From: an uncultured Acidobacteriota bacterium
Lineage (GTDB): Bacteria; Acidobacteriota; UBA6911
Length of the DNA stretch: 64,000 bases
Direction: 5' to 3'
NCBI GenBank assembly: GCA_964481255.1
Contig: CAYZTZ010000001.1
Location: 38,236 to 102,235 of the forward strand
Program-made: the position numbers and the translations under genes
Part shown: positions 18,308-28,700 of the stretch, piece after piece
Numbering within the stretch: the stretch's first letter is position 1
Layout of the letters: the number at the start of each line of letters is the position of its first letter
Notes under the pieces: model-generated
What the model was told of the DNA's origin: nothing
Database searches by the model: none
What the model saw: only the letters and a program-made list of their open reading frames with translations

Positions 18308-20362
18308 ATGAGAATCAGCCTTGAATGGCTTCAAGATTATGTCGAAATCCACGAGAGTCCCGAAAAGCTGAAGGAAGACCTGTCGATGATCGGCCTCCTG
18401 GTCGAAACGGTCGAGGACGTCCGGGGGACCTCCGTCCTGGAAGTCGAGGTGACGTCGAACCGGCCGGACTGTCTCAGCTATATCGGCATCGCGCGCGAAA
18501 CGGCCGCTTTCTACGGGAGGCGGCTGAAACGGCCGCCGCTCGAGGAGCATCTGACGGCGTCCGCCGAGCGGGTCCCGTACGACATTGAAATCCGGGACGA
18601 GGATCTTTGCCCGCGGTATGTGGCCCTCGTCCTCGACGGGATTCAGGTGGCCGCCTCGCCGCCCTGGATGCAGCGACGCCTGGAAGCCGCGGGAATGCGC
18701 CCTCTCAACAATATCGTCGACATCACCAACTATGTCCTGCTGGAAATGGGGCACCCGCTGCATGCCTTCGATTACGACCGGCTGCGCGGCGGAAGAATCG
18801 TCGTCGCCCGGGCCGCGCAGGGGGAGCGCATGGAGACTCTCGACGGCGTTGAACGCGAGCTGGACGACGCCATGCTTCTGATCAAAGACGGCGAAGGCGC
18901 TGTCGGGATCGCGGGGGTCATGGGCGGGCGGAATTCGGAGATCTCTCAATCCACAACCCGCGTGCTCCTGGAATCCGCCTATTTCAGCCCGGCGTCCATA
19001 CGGCGCACATCCAAGAAACTGGGACTGTCCACGGAGGCGAGCTACCGTTTCGAGCGCGGCGCCGATTGCGAAAACACGGTGCCTGCGATCGCCCGCACCT
19101 GCTACCTGATCGAACAGCTCGCCGGCGGGCGCGTCGCCGGGAGCCTCAGGGACGTCTGTCCGAAAAAAAAGGATCCGCTGCGCATCTTCCTGAGTCGGGA
19201 TAAGGCCAACGCGCTGATCGGCGCGGAGCTGACCGAGGAGTTCATCGAGACGACCCTCAGGGGCCTGGAGTTCAAGCTTGAGAGGCGCGGTCCCGGCGCC
19301 TGGGACGTCACCTGCCCCTCGCACCGGGTGGACATGGAACTGGAGGCAGACCTCATCGAGGAACTGGCGCGCTTTTACGGATATCAGAGCATCCCGTCCG
19401 TACTCCCCCCGAACCGGAATGTCGGGGCGCATTCCCCGGTGTATGCCGTTGAGAGCGCCCTGCGGGCCGTCCTGACCGGGCAGGGGTACAGCGAGGCCGT
19501 CAATCTGAGCTTCGCCCAGGAAGCGGATCACGTGGAATTCAGGCCCCTTCAGGGGGAACGCATCGCCGTCCGGAACCCGCTCACGGAAGACACGCACTTC
19601 ATGCGCACCACGCTGGCGCCCGGACTGGTGCGGTCGGCCAAGCGAAATTTCAACCACGACCAGCGCCGAGTCCTCCTGTTCGAGATCGGGAAGGTCTATG
19701 GCGCCGGATCGGACGGAATACCGCAGGAACGGAACTGCCTCGGCGTACTGGGAACGGGAAGTTTCGCGGGCCAGAATTGGGCGCACCCGTCGGCGGAGTA
19801 TGATTTCTTTCATATGAAGGGGATTCTGGAGAGGCTCCTTCGCGGAATACGGGTCGCGAACTACGAGATGGAACCGGCCAAAGACGTGGGATGGCTCCAT
19901 CCGGCCGAGGCTGCGTCCTTGATTATCCTCGGAGAACGCGTCGGGGTCCTGGGGGCCCTGTCGGACTCCCTCAGCGAAAAATACAAGCTTCGCCAGCCCG
20001 TTTACCTCGCGGAAATAGATCTGCAGGGCCTCATGCGCCACGCCTTCGCCCCGATCTCCTTCGAGCCGCTGGCGCGGTACCCGGCGGTGGAGCGCGACAT
20101 GTCCATCCTTGTGGCCAAAGACACGGCCTATGAGGCGATACGCAAAGCCGTTCTGGGCCTGCGCATCCCGGAACTGAAGGACCTGGACCTCGTGGATGTG
20201 TATGAAGGGGAAAAAATACCCGCCGGCAAGGCGAGTCTGACTCTTCGGTTCACATTTCAGGATCGTGAAAGGACTCTTGTCGTTGACCGGGTGCAGCATT
20301 TCATCGATACTATTCTATCAACCTTGCGCCAAAATTGCGGAGCGGAGCTCAGATTCTTATGA
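18308..20362 (+). CDS. pheT: phenylalanine--tRNA ligase beta subunit (short 684 aa form)
   Basis: It starts MRISLEWLQDYVEI and contains B3/4 and B5 domains and a C-terminal FDX-ACB domain. Confidence 0.9.
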   Translation: MRISLEWLQDYVEIHESPEKLKEDLSMIGLLVETVEDVRGTSVLEVEVTSNRPDCLSYIGIARETAAFYGRRLKRPPLEEHLTASAERVPYDIEIRDEDLCPRYVALVLDGIQVAASPPWMQRRLEAAGMRPLNNIVDITNYVLLEMGHPLHAFDYDRLRGGRIVVARAAQGERMETLDGVERELDDAMLLIKDGEGAVGIAGVMGGRNSEISQSTTRVLLESAYFSPASIRRTSKKLGLSTEASYRFERGADCENTVPAIARTCYLIEQLAGGRVAGSLRDVCPKKKDPLRIFLSRDKANALIGAELTEEFIETTLRGLEFKLERRGPGAWDVTCPSHRVDMELEADLIEELARFYGYQSIPSVLPPNRNVGAHSPVYAVESALRAVLTGQGYSEAVNLSFAQEADHVEFRPLQGERIAVRNPLTEDTHFMRTTLAPGLVRSAKRNFNHDQRRVLLFEIGKVYGAGSDGIPQERNCLGVLGTGSFAGQNWAHPSAEYDFFHMKGILERLLRGIRVANYEMEPAKDVGWLHPAEAASLIILGERVGVLGALSDSLSEKYKLRQPVYLAEIDLQGLMRHAFAPISFEPLARYPAVERDMSILVAKDTAYEAIRKAVLGLRIPELKDLDLVDVYEGEKIPAGKASLTLRFTFQDRERTLVVDRVQHFIDTILSTLRQNCGAELRFL

Positions 20363-20637
20363 ATGAAACCAAATCTCAGCGGGAAACCACCGGCCTGGAA
20401 CGCTTCGGCCAGCTCGAGGACAGAATCTTCCGCATGGTGGAGGAATACAAGTCCGTCCGCAGGGAAATCGAGTCCCTTCGGGCCGAAAACCAGCGCCTGA
20501 AGGAGGAGATCGGAAACCTGCGCAAGACCGAATCCACGGTGCACGAAAATCTGGCGCAGTATCAAAAGGAACGAGAGGAGCTTCGGGAGCGCGTGGAAAA
20601 AGCCCTGGCCCTGCTGGCCACGCTGGAAGCGCGCTAG
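20359..20637 (+). CDS. ZapB-like coiled-coil cell division protein
   Basis: This 92 aa protein is all coiled-coil (LEDRIFRMVEEYKSVRREIESLRAENQRLKEEIGNLRK). Its start overlaps the pheT stop (ATGA), and zapA follows it. Confidence 0.45.
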   Translation: MNETKSQRETTGLERFGQLEDRIFRMVEEYKSVRREIESLRAENQRLKEEIGNLRKTESTVHENLAQYQKEREELRERVEKALALLATLEAR

Positions 20638-20676
20638 GGGGATTCAGCCGTGCCCGAGGCGCCGCGGGGCGGACCT

Positions 20677-20973
20677 ATGAACGAACAGCCGGAAACGACC
20701 TCGGTCCATGTCAAAATATACGACAGGCAATACACGCTGCGAACGACGGGCGATCCCGAACGGCTCCGCGCTCTGTGCGCCGGCCTGGATAAACGGATGC
20801 GTGAAATCACGGCCTCCACGGGGGCGGTGGACACGTTGAAGGTCGCCGTTCTCGCGGCGCTCAGTCTGGCGGACGAGCTGCAGAGGGTTTCGGAGGAATT
20901 TCGGAGGCTGGATGAATCCGTCGGCCGGCGGTCCCTTGCCTGCGTTTCGATGCTGGAGCGCGCCGTCACCTGA
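20677..20973 (+). CDS. zapA: cell division protein ZapA
   Basis: The sequence is VHVKIYDRQYTLRTTGDPERLRALCAGLDKRMREI...VAVLAALSLADEL. zapA downstream of pheT is a common arrangement. Confidence 0.7.
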   Translation: MNEQPETTSVHVKIYDRQYTLRTTGDPERLRALCAGLDKRMREITASTGAVDTLKVAVLAALSLADELQRVSEEFRRLDESVGRRSLACVSMLERAVT

Positions 20974-21058
20974 TCGACGGTATGGCGTGCAGGCTGGAGA
21001 GTGCGGGGCGGCCGACGGGGATGGAATTCCGCCCTCAAACGGATGGCGGATCCGGCGG

Positions 21059-21844
21059 TTACAGATGAAACGGCAGGTTCAGCCTCTCGATGGCGAGAGC
21101 CCGGCCGCTGGATTCCTCGACTTCGATCACGACGCCGCAAAGCCTTAAATTGCCCGAAGCCGGTTCCAACCGAACCGGGATCTGCCGCAGGAAGCGGTCC
21201 AGCGCCAGGTCCGGCACGGAGCCGATGACGGAATCGTGGGGCCCGGTCATTCCGATGTCGGTGATATAGGCCGTTCCCCGAGGGAGGATGCGGTCGTCCG
21301 CCGTCTGCACGTGCGTGTGGGTGCCTATCACGGCGCTGACGCGGCCGTCCAAATACCATCCCATCGCCTGCTTTTCCGAGGTGGCCTCCGCATGGAAATC
21401 GACGATGATGATGGGCGTCTGTTTCCGGATGCCCTCCACGGCCTCCATCCCGATCCGGAATGGGCAGTCCACGCTCGCCATGAAGACGCGGCCCTGAAGG
21501 TTGAGCACCCCGATGCGCAGTCCGCAGCTGGCGTCCCCGATGAATATGCCTGTGCCCGGAACACCCGGCGGGTAGTTATGGGGGCGGAGCAGTTTCGGCT
21601 GCGTCGCAAGGTAATCGGTGACGGCGCGCTTGTCCCAGATATGGTTGCCGGACGTGAGCAGGTCGATCCCGAAATCCAGGAGCTCGTCGGCGATGGGCGG
21701 CGTAATGCCGAACCCGCCCGCCGCGTTCTCGATGTTGGCGATGCAGAAGTCGATGCGGCGCTCATGGATCAGGCCCTGCAGCTTTTGCTGCACCAGCTTT
21801 CTGCCGGGCCTGCCGAAGATGTCGCCCAGAAATAGGATTCTCAT
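21059..21844 (-). CDS. ymdB: YmdB-like metallophosphoesterase (TIGR00282, 2',3'-cyclic-nucleotide phosphodiesterase family)
   Basis: It starts MRILFLGDIFGRPGR and contains GNHIWD and GTHTHVQTAD metal-binding motifs. The upstream 10 codons of the track ORF are excluded. Confidence 0.7.
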   Translation of the reverse strand: MRILFLGDIFGRPGRKLVQQKLQGLIHERRIDFCIANIENAAGGFGITPPIADELLDFGIDLLTSGNHIWDKRAVTDYLATQPKLLRPHNYPPGVPGTGIFIGDASCGLRIGVLNLQGRVFMASVDCPFRIGMEAVEGIRKQTPIIIVDFHAEATSEKQAMGWYLDGRVSAVIGTHTHVQTADDRILPRGTAYITDIGMTGPHDSVIGSVPDLALDRFLRQIPVRLEPASGNLRLCGVVIEVEESSGRALAIERLNLPFHL

Positions 21845-22016
21845 CAAACTCCGCCCTTGAAAAACCGACTGCAAAAAAAAGCGCCCCCGCGCCGCCGTGT
21901 GGCTAGTCTATTTGAACCTTGTCGCCAAGGGGGTGTTCTACGCGCTGCGTCAGGCAATCAAGTTCCCGAAGGAAAAGCTCGCACACGGCAGCGCGATACG
22001 AACTCCCATCAAATAG

Positions 22017-22053
22017 AATGTTGGCTCAAATAATTGTCGCCATCACCAACATT
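22017..22053. promoter_or_regulatory. inverted repeat AATGTTGG-N21-CCAACATT inside an AT-rich island
   Basis: This was seen directly in the sequence. The island (22005..22080) lies upstream of ymdB and downstream of the barrel gene, and is a candidate operator/promoter. Confidence 0.2.
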
Positions 22054-22287
22054 GCAGGGGCTTATTATATATTACTTGAGTCCGCGCCCCGGGTCAAGGA
22101 ATCCGCGCGGGTGCGCGGGGGGATCACGCTATTTGGCGGCAGGGAGCCGGGCCGGGGGCGCCGGAGGACTAAAGACGCGCCACCCCCGGTCGCGTCCCCT
22201 TCCAGTTAGTGCCCGCCCCATATCCCGGTCATGCGCAGTCCTTCGTCCCATGCGTCCGCGGAATCCTTGGGGCCGGACCGCATGCGT

Positions 22288-24492
22288 CTAGAAGCGGTAG
22301 CGGATCGTGCTGTAGGCGATGTGAGCCGTGTAATCCGGGAACGCATACACGCCGGAGAGGTAACTTGTGGTGGTCCCCGACCCGATCGTGTAAAGAAACC
22401 CCTCGTACTGATCGTCCTTGTAACCGTATTTTTCGTAGCTATAGCCCACGGTCCAGTCGAGATCCCGCGAGATGAGAATCAGCGCCCGGGGATTGAAGGA
22501 CCGGCGATGCGTGTCGTCATAGGAGCGGATCGGGAAGAGCAGGGTAGCCGGGGTCCCGTCCGAAAGGGTCTGCGATTGAAAATCCACCCATCCCTTTGTT
22601 TCTTGTATCAGGGCGGAGGCTTTCAACACTAGCCTGGCCGACACGGGCCAGTCGCCTCCAAACTCCACGGTCCAGTTCTTATCCCGAAGTTTCGCTCCCC
22701 AGTTGAAGGCCGCCGTGGTTGGCGGAACATTGGGATCGAAGCAGTTCGGCGAGCTCGGCGGGCAGGTCGCGGCGTTGACGGTGCGGTGATAGGAGTCGTA
22801 ATCGATCCATTCGATGTCCCCGAACAGCGTCACGCGGAATTTTTCCGGATCGCCGTAGGAGAGGCTTCCGTAAAGCTCCTTCCTATGATCTTTCAGCCGG
22901 CCCAATACGACGTCCTGGTAATCGTTTTTCTTGTAGTAAGCTTCGAAACCGAAATCCAGCAACGGCGCCGGCGTCCAGTCCAGATAGGCTTTGAGGAGAT
23001 GCTGGTTCAGATCGGAGACGTCAAAGGAGCGGTTAAAACGCTCCAGATAATAGGGAGAATAGGCGTTGAAGCCCGCGTTGTCGGTTAGGAATTCCGAGCG
23101 CCTCCGGGTGTATTGGTATTTCAGGCGAGCCGTCACGACATCCGACGAGGTATTGGACCATTGCACGAAAAACCTGTTTTCCGATGTCTCCTCGGAATCG
23201 AATCGGTTCCTGTTGATGTCCAGATAGTCGTAACCCGCGCTCCAGCGGTTCCCCGGCGAAAGCCGGTAGCCGGCCTCGAATCCGGCGTTGTTTTTCGTGT
23301 ATTCGTAGCGCTCCCCTTCGCAGACGACATTCACGTTGGCCGGCGAGGTCGTCCCGGGGGCGAAGCAGACCAGCCCGGTTGTCGTGAGGGGGACATTGAA
23401 GGCGATGTCGGTCGACGTGTTGCGTCTCCGGTAGTAGTTGTAATAAAGGCGCGTGTCCAGGCGGCGCAACGGTTCCGACGCAAAGGAGACCTGCCCGGTC
23501 ACATTCTCGACCTTGCCGTAGAACACCGGCGAACTCGGGTTGGTCGGGGTCAACGCGGCGGAACCGGATGTATTCAAAACCTCATCGATCATATCTGCGT
23601 CGTCGGTAACCCTGTCGTAGGTCAGCCGTCCGGAGAGCGTGGAATTCAGAAACAGCTTCCGCAGCATGCCGCTGGCGCTGATCCTCGTGTAGTTGTTGTT
23701 CGGCGCGAAGGTGGCCGTGTCCATCCCGAAACCGAAGAACGGATTCTGAAATTCAAGGAATTCGTTGTCGTTGCTGAAGATGCTTTCCAGCCAATGGACC
23801 GCGAAATGGGCCCGCGGCGACTGATACCCTCCCTCGACGGAGACATTGACCGTGGAGTGGTGCAGCGGGTAGGGGAGGTCGATGAAGCCGTTGCCGGGGC
23901 TTGTGCCCAGGGCCGCCGCGTCGACCTTGTTGATGCCGGTTTGGCGGACTTCATTGCCTTCCACGACCGCGTACCATGGCGAGCGTCCGGAAAACTCGAA
24001 CTCCCCGCCGATGTCCCGCCGCTTCGACGAGAAACTGAAGGAGGACCAGGGCGGCACCTGCGAGTTGGCCAGTTCGGCGGGAACGGTCGCGAAGAGCCAG
24101 AGTGTATGCTCTCCGATCCCGGTGTAGGGCAGCCGCGCGCCGTTCGGGCCGAAGCCGAAATTGTGGACCAGCCAGTCGGCATGGAAATCGAACCGGAACC
24201 TTCCATGCACGCCGCCCTGTGCGGAAAGACGCATGTCGTCGCGGCCGAGGTTTTCGCCGAACATATCGAAGTAGAAAAGACCGTTGCGTCCCTGAAGATC
24301 GAAAACGCCGAAGGGCCCGTCGGACAAATCGCGGTATTCGTTCAGTTTTGCGGCGTCCTTCGTCTCTTCGTCGGTCCCGATTCCGCCCGCTCCGATACTG
24401 CCGGACAGCTTGAAACCGTTATCCTGCGCCGAGGCCGCGCCGCATCCGGCCGAGAGGATTGCGATAAGGATGGAAAGGAGCGTCGCTTTCAT
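22288..24492 (-). CDS. MtrB/PioB-family outer membrane beta-barrel protein (decaheme-cytochrome-associated porin)
   Basis: The 734 aa protein has a signal peptide (MKATLLSILIAILSAGCGAASAQD), composition rich in Y/G/N/S/T/D in alternating patterns, and a C-terminal aromatic residue (YRF). Its start lies 9 nt after the decaheme cytochrome stop, with an SD GGAGG. The size matches the MtrB/MtoB/PioB family. Confidence 0.7.
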   Translation of the reverse strand: MKATLLSILIAILSAGCGAASAQDNGFKLSGSIGAGGIGTDEETKDAAKLNEYRDLSDGPFGVFDLQGRNGLFYFDMFGENLGRDDMRLSAQGGVHGRFRFDFHADWLVHNFGFGPNGARLPYTGIGEHTLWLFATVPAELANSQVPPWSSFSFSSKRRDIGGEFEFSGRSPWYAVVEGNEVRQTGINKVDAAALGTSPGNGFIDLPYPLHHSTVNVSVEGGYQSPRAHFAVHWLESIFSNDNEFLEFQNPFFGFGMDTATFAPNNNYTRISASGMLRKLFLNSTLSGRLTYDRVTDDADMIDEVLNTSGSAALTPTNPSSPVFYGKVENVTGQVSFASEPLRRLDTRLYYNYYRRRNTSTDIAFNVPLTTTGLVCFAPGTTSPANVNVVCEGERYEYTKNNAGFEAGYRLSPGNRWSAGYDYLDINRNRFDSEETSENRFFVQWSNTSSDVVTARLKYQYTRRRSEFLTDNAGFNAYSPYYLERFNRSFDVSDLNQHLLKAYLDWTPAPLLDFGFEAYYKKNDYQDVVLGRLKDHRKELYGSLSYGDPEKFRVTLFGDIEWIDYDSYHRTVNAATCPPSSPNCFDPNVPPTTAAFNWGAKLRDKNWTVEFGGDWPVSARLVLKASALIQETKGWVDFQSQTLSDGTPATLLFPIRSYDDTHRRSFNPRALILISRDLDWTVGYSYEKYGYKDDQYEGFLYTIGSGTTTSYLSGVYAFPDYTAHIAYSTIRYRF

Positions 24493-24501
24493 AAGGGCCT
24501 C

Positions 24502-25479
24502 CTATCGCGTCAGGTATTTGCCGCGCGTGGCGGGGGCGTTGCTGCCGTGAATGGCGTTGTGACAATTGAGACAGGACCGGGCTACAAATCTCGTGTTGGG
24601 CGTCGTCGTCTTCGAACCCGGGATGCGGACAAACCCCTGATCGCCGCTGTAGGCCGTGCCGGGATGCCGCGACCAATCGTGGCAGTCCTGGCAAAGGTTC
24701 GGAACCTTCTCGGCCAGCAGTTTTGTATGCGAGGATCCGTGCGGCGTGTGACACGACAGGCAGTTTTCCTCCACGGCGGGGTGCTGGAACAGGAAGGGGC
24801 CGCGCTTTTCGGCGTGGCAGCTCCAGCATTGGACGTTCAGCGTTTCGTGTTTGATCATGGCATGGCTCTGCGCGCCGTGCGGGTTATGACAGCTGGAGCA
24901 GGTGACCTTGCCTTCGACGATCGGGTGGTGGGAAGTCTTGCCGATCTGCACCCGGACCTGCTTGTGGCAGCTGACGCAGGTCTGGTATTCCAGCTGCCGC
25001 TCGGTCGTCACAAGAGGGCTGACCGGAAGGTCGCGCCGCGTGAACGCCAGGGCGGAACCACGCGGCGTCGCGGCATGCACCGCGTGGCAGTCGTTGCAAC
25101 GAACGTCGTTGCGCCCGTGGCGGCCCGATTCCCAGAACGCAAGATGACGGTTGCCCGCATGGCAGCTCATGCACGCCTGCGTCTGTTCCATGGCCGGGAC
25201 TGCGCCCTTGCCGAAACGAACGGGATGCCTGTTTTCGGCGGGAGCGCTGACGTGCTTCGCGTTTTCACCATGACACGAGAAACAGGCCTTGCCGATTTCC
25301 GCGGGCGAACCGGGCTCTCCCCTGGCGCCGTGCTTGGTCTCCATGATGCCCGCCTGGTCTTTATGACAGGCGAGACAGATTTGGGGATCGCTCTGCGCCG
25401 ACGCAAAGCGGCCGTGCGCGAAAAACAGGGCATGAAGCAGAAAAGCTGTGACGGAGATCCTAAAAGAGCGACGGGTCAT
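24502..25479 (-). CDS. periplasmic decaheme c-type cytochrome (MtrA/MtoA/DmsE family)
   Basis: The 325 aa protein has a signal peptide and exactly ten CXXCH motifs, which I counted (CLACH, CFSCH, CMSCH, CNDCH, CVSCH, CSSCH, CWSCH, CLSCH, CQDCH, CLNCH). It sits immediately upstream of the beta-barrel gene. Confidence 0.85.
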   Translation of the reverse strand: MTRRSFRISVTAFLLHALFFAHGRFASAQSDPQICLACHKDQAGIMETKHGARGEPGSPAEIGKACFSCHGENAKHVSAPAENRHPVRFGKGAVPAMEQTQACMSCHAGNRHLAFWESGRHGRNDVRCNDCHAVHAATPRGSALAFTRRDLPVSPLVTTERQLEYQTCVSCHKQVRVQIGKTSHHPIVEGKVTCSSCHNPHGAQSHAMIKHETLNVQCWSCHAEKRGPFLFQHPAVEENCLSCHTPHGSSHTKLLAEKVPNLCQDCHDWSRHPGTAYSGDQGFVRIPGSKTTTPNTRFVARSCLNCHNAIHGSNAPATRGKYLTR

Positions 25480-25651
25480 GCGCCAATCTCCCTGCGGCCG
25501 GACGCCGCATGCGCCGATTTTCGCCCGGCTTCAACCCTCAGAAGGGTTCGTCCCCGGGCATATCTCCCGGCTGAAAACATGCCTGCCTTTTTTGTTCGTC
25601 GCCTTTGTAGATTTCGAGACGATCGAGACAGGCTGGTTTTTTATATAAATA

Positions 25652-25680
25652 TTTCAGGTTTATAAATCAAGCTGAAAATG
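25652..25680 (-). promoter_or_regulatory. candidate sigma70 promoter for the cytochrome-porin operon (TTGATT-N17-TATATA on minus strand)
   Basis: An AT-rich island (25640..25700) in a high-GC genome lies about 170 nt upstream of the cytochrome ATG. The -35 and -10 hexamers were read on the minus strand. Confidence 0.35.
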
Positions 25681-25756
25681 AAGGATGATGTCAAAATCGC
25701 CCGTCTCAAGGTCGAACGGATATTTGCCGGACGGCGTGGTCGATGGGGACCCGGAC

Positions 25757-28700
25757 CTACGACAGGTAGCGCGCCAGCATGCGGCCTGTGTGGGAATTCG
25801 GGCAGGAAACGATATCCTCGGGCGTTCCTTCGAACACAATACGGCCGCCGGCGTCTCCTCCCTCGGGCCCCAGGTCAATGATCCAGTCCGCCGTCTTGAT
25901 CACATCCAGGTTATGCTCAATCACAACCAGGGAATTGCCTCCACTGATGAGCTTGTCGAAGGCGGCGAGCAGCTTGCGGATGTCATCGAAATGCAGGCCG
26001 GTGGTCGGCTCATCGAAAACATACAGCATGTTGCCGCGGCCCGACTGCGAGATGAAGGAAGCCAGCTTGATTCTCTGGGCCTCTCCGCCGGAAAGGGACG
26101 TCGCGGATTGGCCGAGGCGGAGATAGTCCAATCCGATATCTTCCAAGACCTTCAGCTTGCGGATCAGCGAAGGCCTCCCTGCGAAGAATTCCATCGCTTC
26201 GCGAACCGTCATTTCCAGCACCTCGGCGATATTCCTGGACTTGTACCGGACCTCGAGCACGGAGCTCTTGAACCTTTTCCCGCGGCAGTCCTCGCAGGTC
26301 AGTTCGACGTCGGCCAGAAACTGCATCTCGACGGTGACCGTGCCGTTCCCCTGGCAGGTCGGGCATCGCCCGGCCTCGAGATTGAACGAGAAATGGCCGG
26401 GCCCGAAGCCCCGGCTGAAGGCGTCCTTCGTCGAGGCGAAAATGCGCCGGATCTCGTCGAAGGCTTTCGTATAGGTGGCGGGATTGGAACGCGGCGTCCT
26501 CCCTATGGGAGACTGATCCACGAGAACGACGTCGGAAATGAGCTCCGCGCCGCGAAGAGCGTCCAGTCCCGTCAGGGGTTCCTTGAGCTCCCCCTTCGCC
26601 TTCTTGACTGCGGCGTAGAGAACGTCGTGAACGAGGGTCGATTTCCCGCTGCCGCTGACGCCGGTGACGCAGACGAGCATTCCCAGGGGAATCCGGACGT
26701 CCAGATGTTTCAGGTTATGCCTGTGCGCGTTGAGGATCTCGATCCGCCGCCCGCTGTTCCTGCGCCGGAAAAGCGGAACGGGGATCTGGAGTTCCCGCCT
26801 TAAATAGAGGCTGGTGAGCGACCGTGTGTCCTCGAGCAGCGATGGGAAGCTGCCCTGAAAGACGACCTCCCCTCCGTTTTCGCCCGCCCTGGGCCCGAGA
26901 TCAATAATATAGTCGGCCGACCGCATGATTTCCTGATCATGCTCGACCACGAGCACGGTGTTGCCCAGCGCCTGAAGACTCTTCAGGATTTCCACCAGCC
27001 TCCGGCTGTCTCTCGGATGGAGACCGATGCTCGGTTCGTCCAGCACATACAGAGCGCCGACCAGGGTCGATCCCAGGGATGTAGCCAGCTGGATCCTCTG
27101 CGCCTCGCCCCCTGAAAGCGACGAGGAAAGACGGTCCAGGGCGATATAGTCGAGACCCACGCGAACGAGCAGATCCAGCCGGTGGCGGATTTCATGCAGA
27201 ATCCTTTCCGCTATCGAGGCCTGCTGCGGGGAGAGTTCCAGGGTTTTGAAAAAATCGGCCGCCTGCCCGATCGTCATCTGCGAAACCCTGGTAATGGGCA
27301 ATCCGCCGACGCGGACATCGCGCGCTTCCCGGCGCAGCCTCTCCCCGCCGCAGGAGAGACAGTTCGCGTAGCCCCGATACCGGCTGATGAAAATGCGCAC
27401 GTGCATCTTGTATTTTTTGCGCTCGAGGTAATCGAAAAAGCCGAGAATCCCGGGGAAATGGCCCTGGCCGCGGATGATCTTGTCCCTCTGATTTTCCGGC
27501 AGTTCTTCCCACGGCACATCGACCGGAATACCCTCGCGCGCGGCGAACTGGAGCATACGGTTGTGAAACCCCCGGTAGCGCTGTCCGCTCCACGGATGGA
27601 CGGCTCCCTCGCCGAGGCTCCTCGACTTGTCCGGAATAATCCGGTCGAAATCCAGCGTCAGCGTGTTGCCGAAACCCTGGCACTCCGGGCAGGCCCCAAA
27701 AGGATTGTTGAATGAAAAAAGCCTGGGTTCGGGCTCCTGGTAGGAGATACGGCACAACTGGCATTCGAAGGCTTCGCTGAACTTGACAAGGATGCCGGCG
27801 GGATGCCTGAGCCAGCGGATGTCGGGATGCCTCGCAAGGAGCATGGCTTCTGTTTCCGTCGGAGCGTCCGTCAGAAGGAGCACTTCCACGTGTCCTTCCG
27901 AGTCCCTGCTGCAGATCTCGATGGAGTCCACGAGCCGCTTCCGCATGCCCTCCTCGACCGTCAGACGGTCGACCACGACATGAGCTTCTTTGCATCCGCT
28001 TTTCCGCAGGGCGTCCGCCGCTTCGGACAGTTCCACCAGCTCGCCGCCGACCAGAAGCCGCACATAACCCTGCCGCTGCAGGCCGGGGATCATCATCGCA
28101 AGGCGATCGGCCGGACTTGCGGCGGCTGCTCGCGGCCTGGGCGGCCTGCGGGCGGAGGAGGCTTGCTGTGGCGGCGCGTCCAGCTCAAGGCGCATGCACA
28201 GATAAAATCGCTGGCCTTGGGGCAGAGACAGGACAAAGTCCGCGATCTTCTGGGGCGTGTCTTTTTCGACGACGCGCCCGCAGGAATGGCAGTAGGTCGT
28301 GCCGATGCGGGCGTAAAGCAGGCGCAGGTAGTCGTGAATCTCGGTCACGGTCCCCACGGTCGACCGCGGGTTGCGCGCGTAGTTCCTTTGACGGATCGAG
28401 AGCGCAGGACAGATGCCCTCGATGTCGTCGACATCCGGCCGGTCGATGCGTTCCAGAAACTGGCGCGCGTATGCGGAAAGAGAGGCGATATAACGGCGCT
28501 GGCCTTCCGCGTACAGAGTGTCGAACGCGAGACTGCTTTTCCCGCTGCCGGACACCCCCGTCACCACCGTCAGGGAATTCAAAGGGATGCGGACCGTGAT
28601 GTTCTTGAGGTTGTGGACACGCGCGCCCTTGACGACGATGGCTTCTTCCTGTTCCGATTTCACGGGCTGGGCATCCTCCGGAGGGCCACAGAATGGATGA

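Noticed and set aside
17255-20299. A 1014 aa ORF on the minus strand.
   Set aside because: It is antisense to the strongly conserved pheS and pheT genes. Its Arg/Gly/Ala/Pro-rich low-complexity translation is typical of stop-codon-poor antisense frames in high-GC DNA.
23113-25665. An 850 aa plus-strand ORF.
   Set aside because: It is antisense to the decaheme cytochrome and barrel genes and has no recognisable motifs. The sense-strand proteins have signal peptides, CXXCH motifs and barrel signatures.
25685-26803. A 372 aa plus-strand ORF.
   Set aside because: It is antisense to the uvrA C-terminal ABC module.
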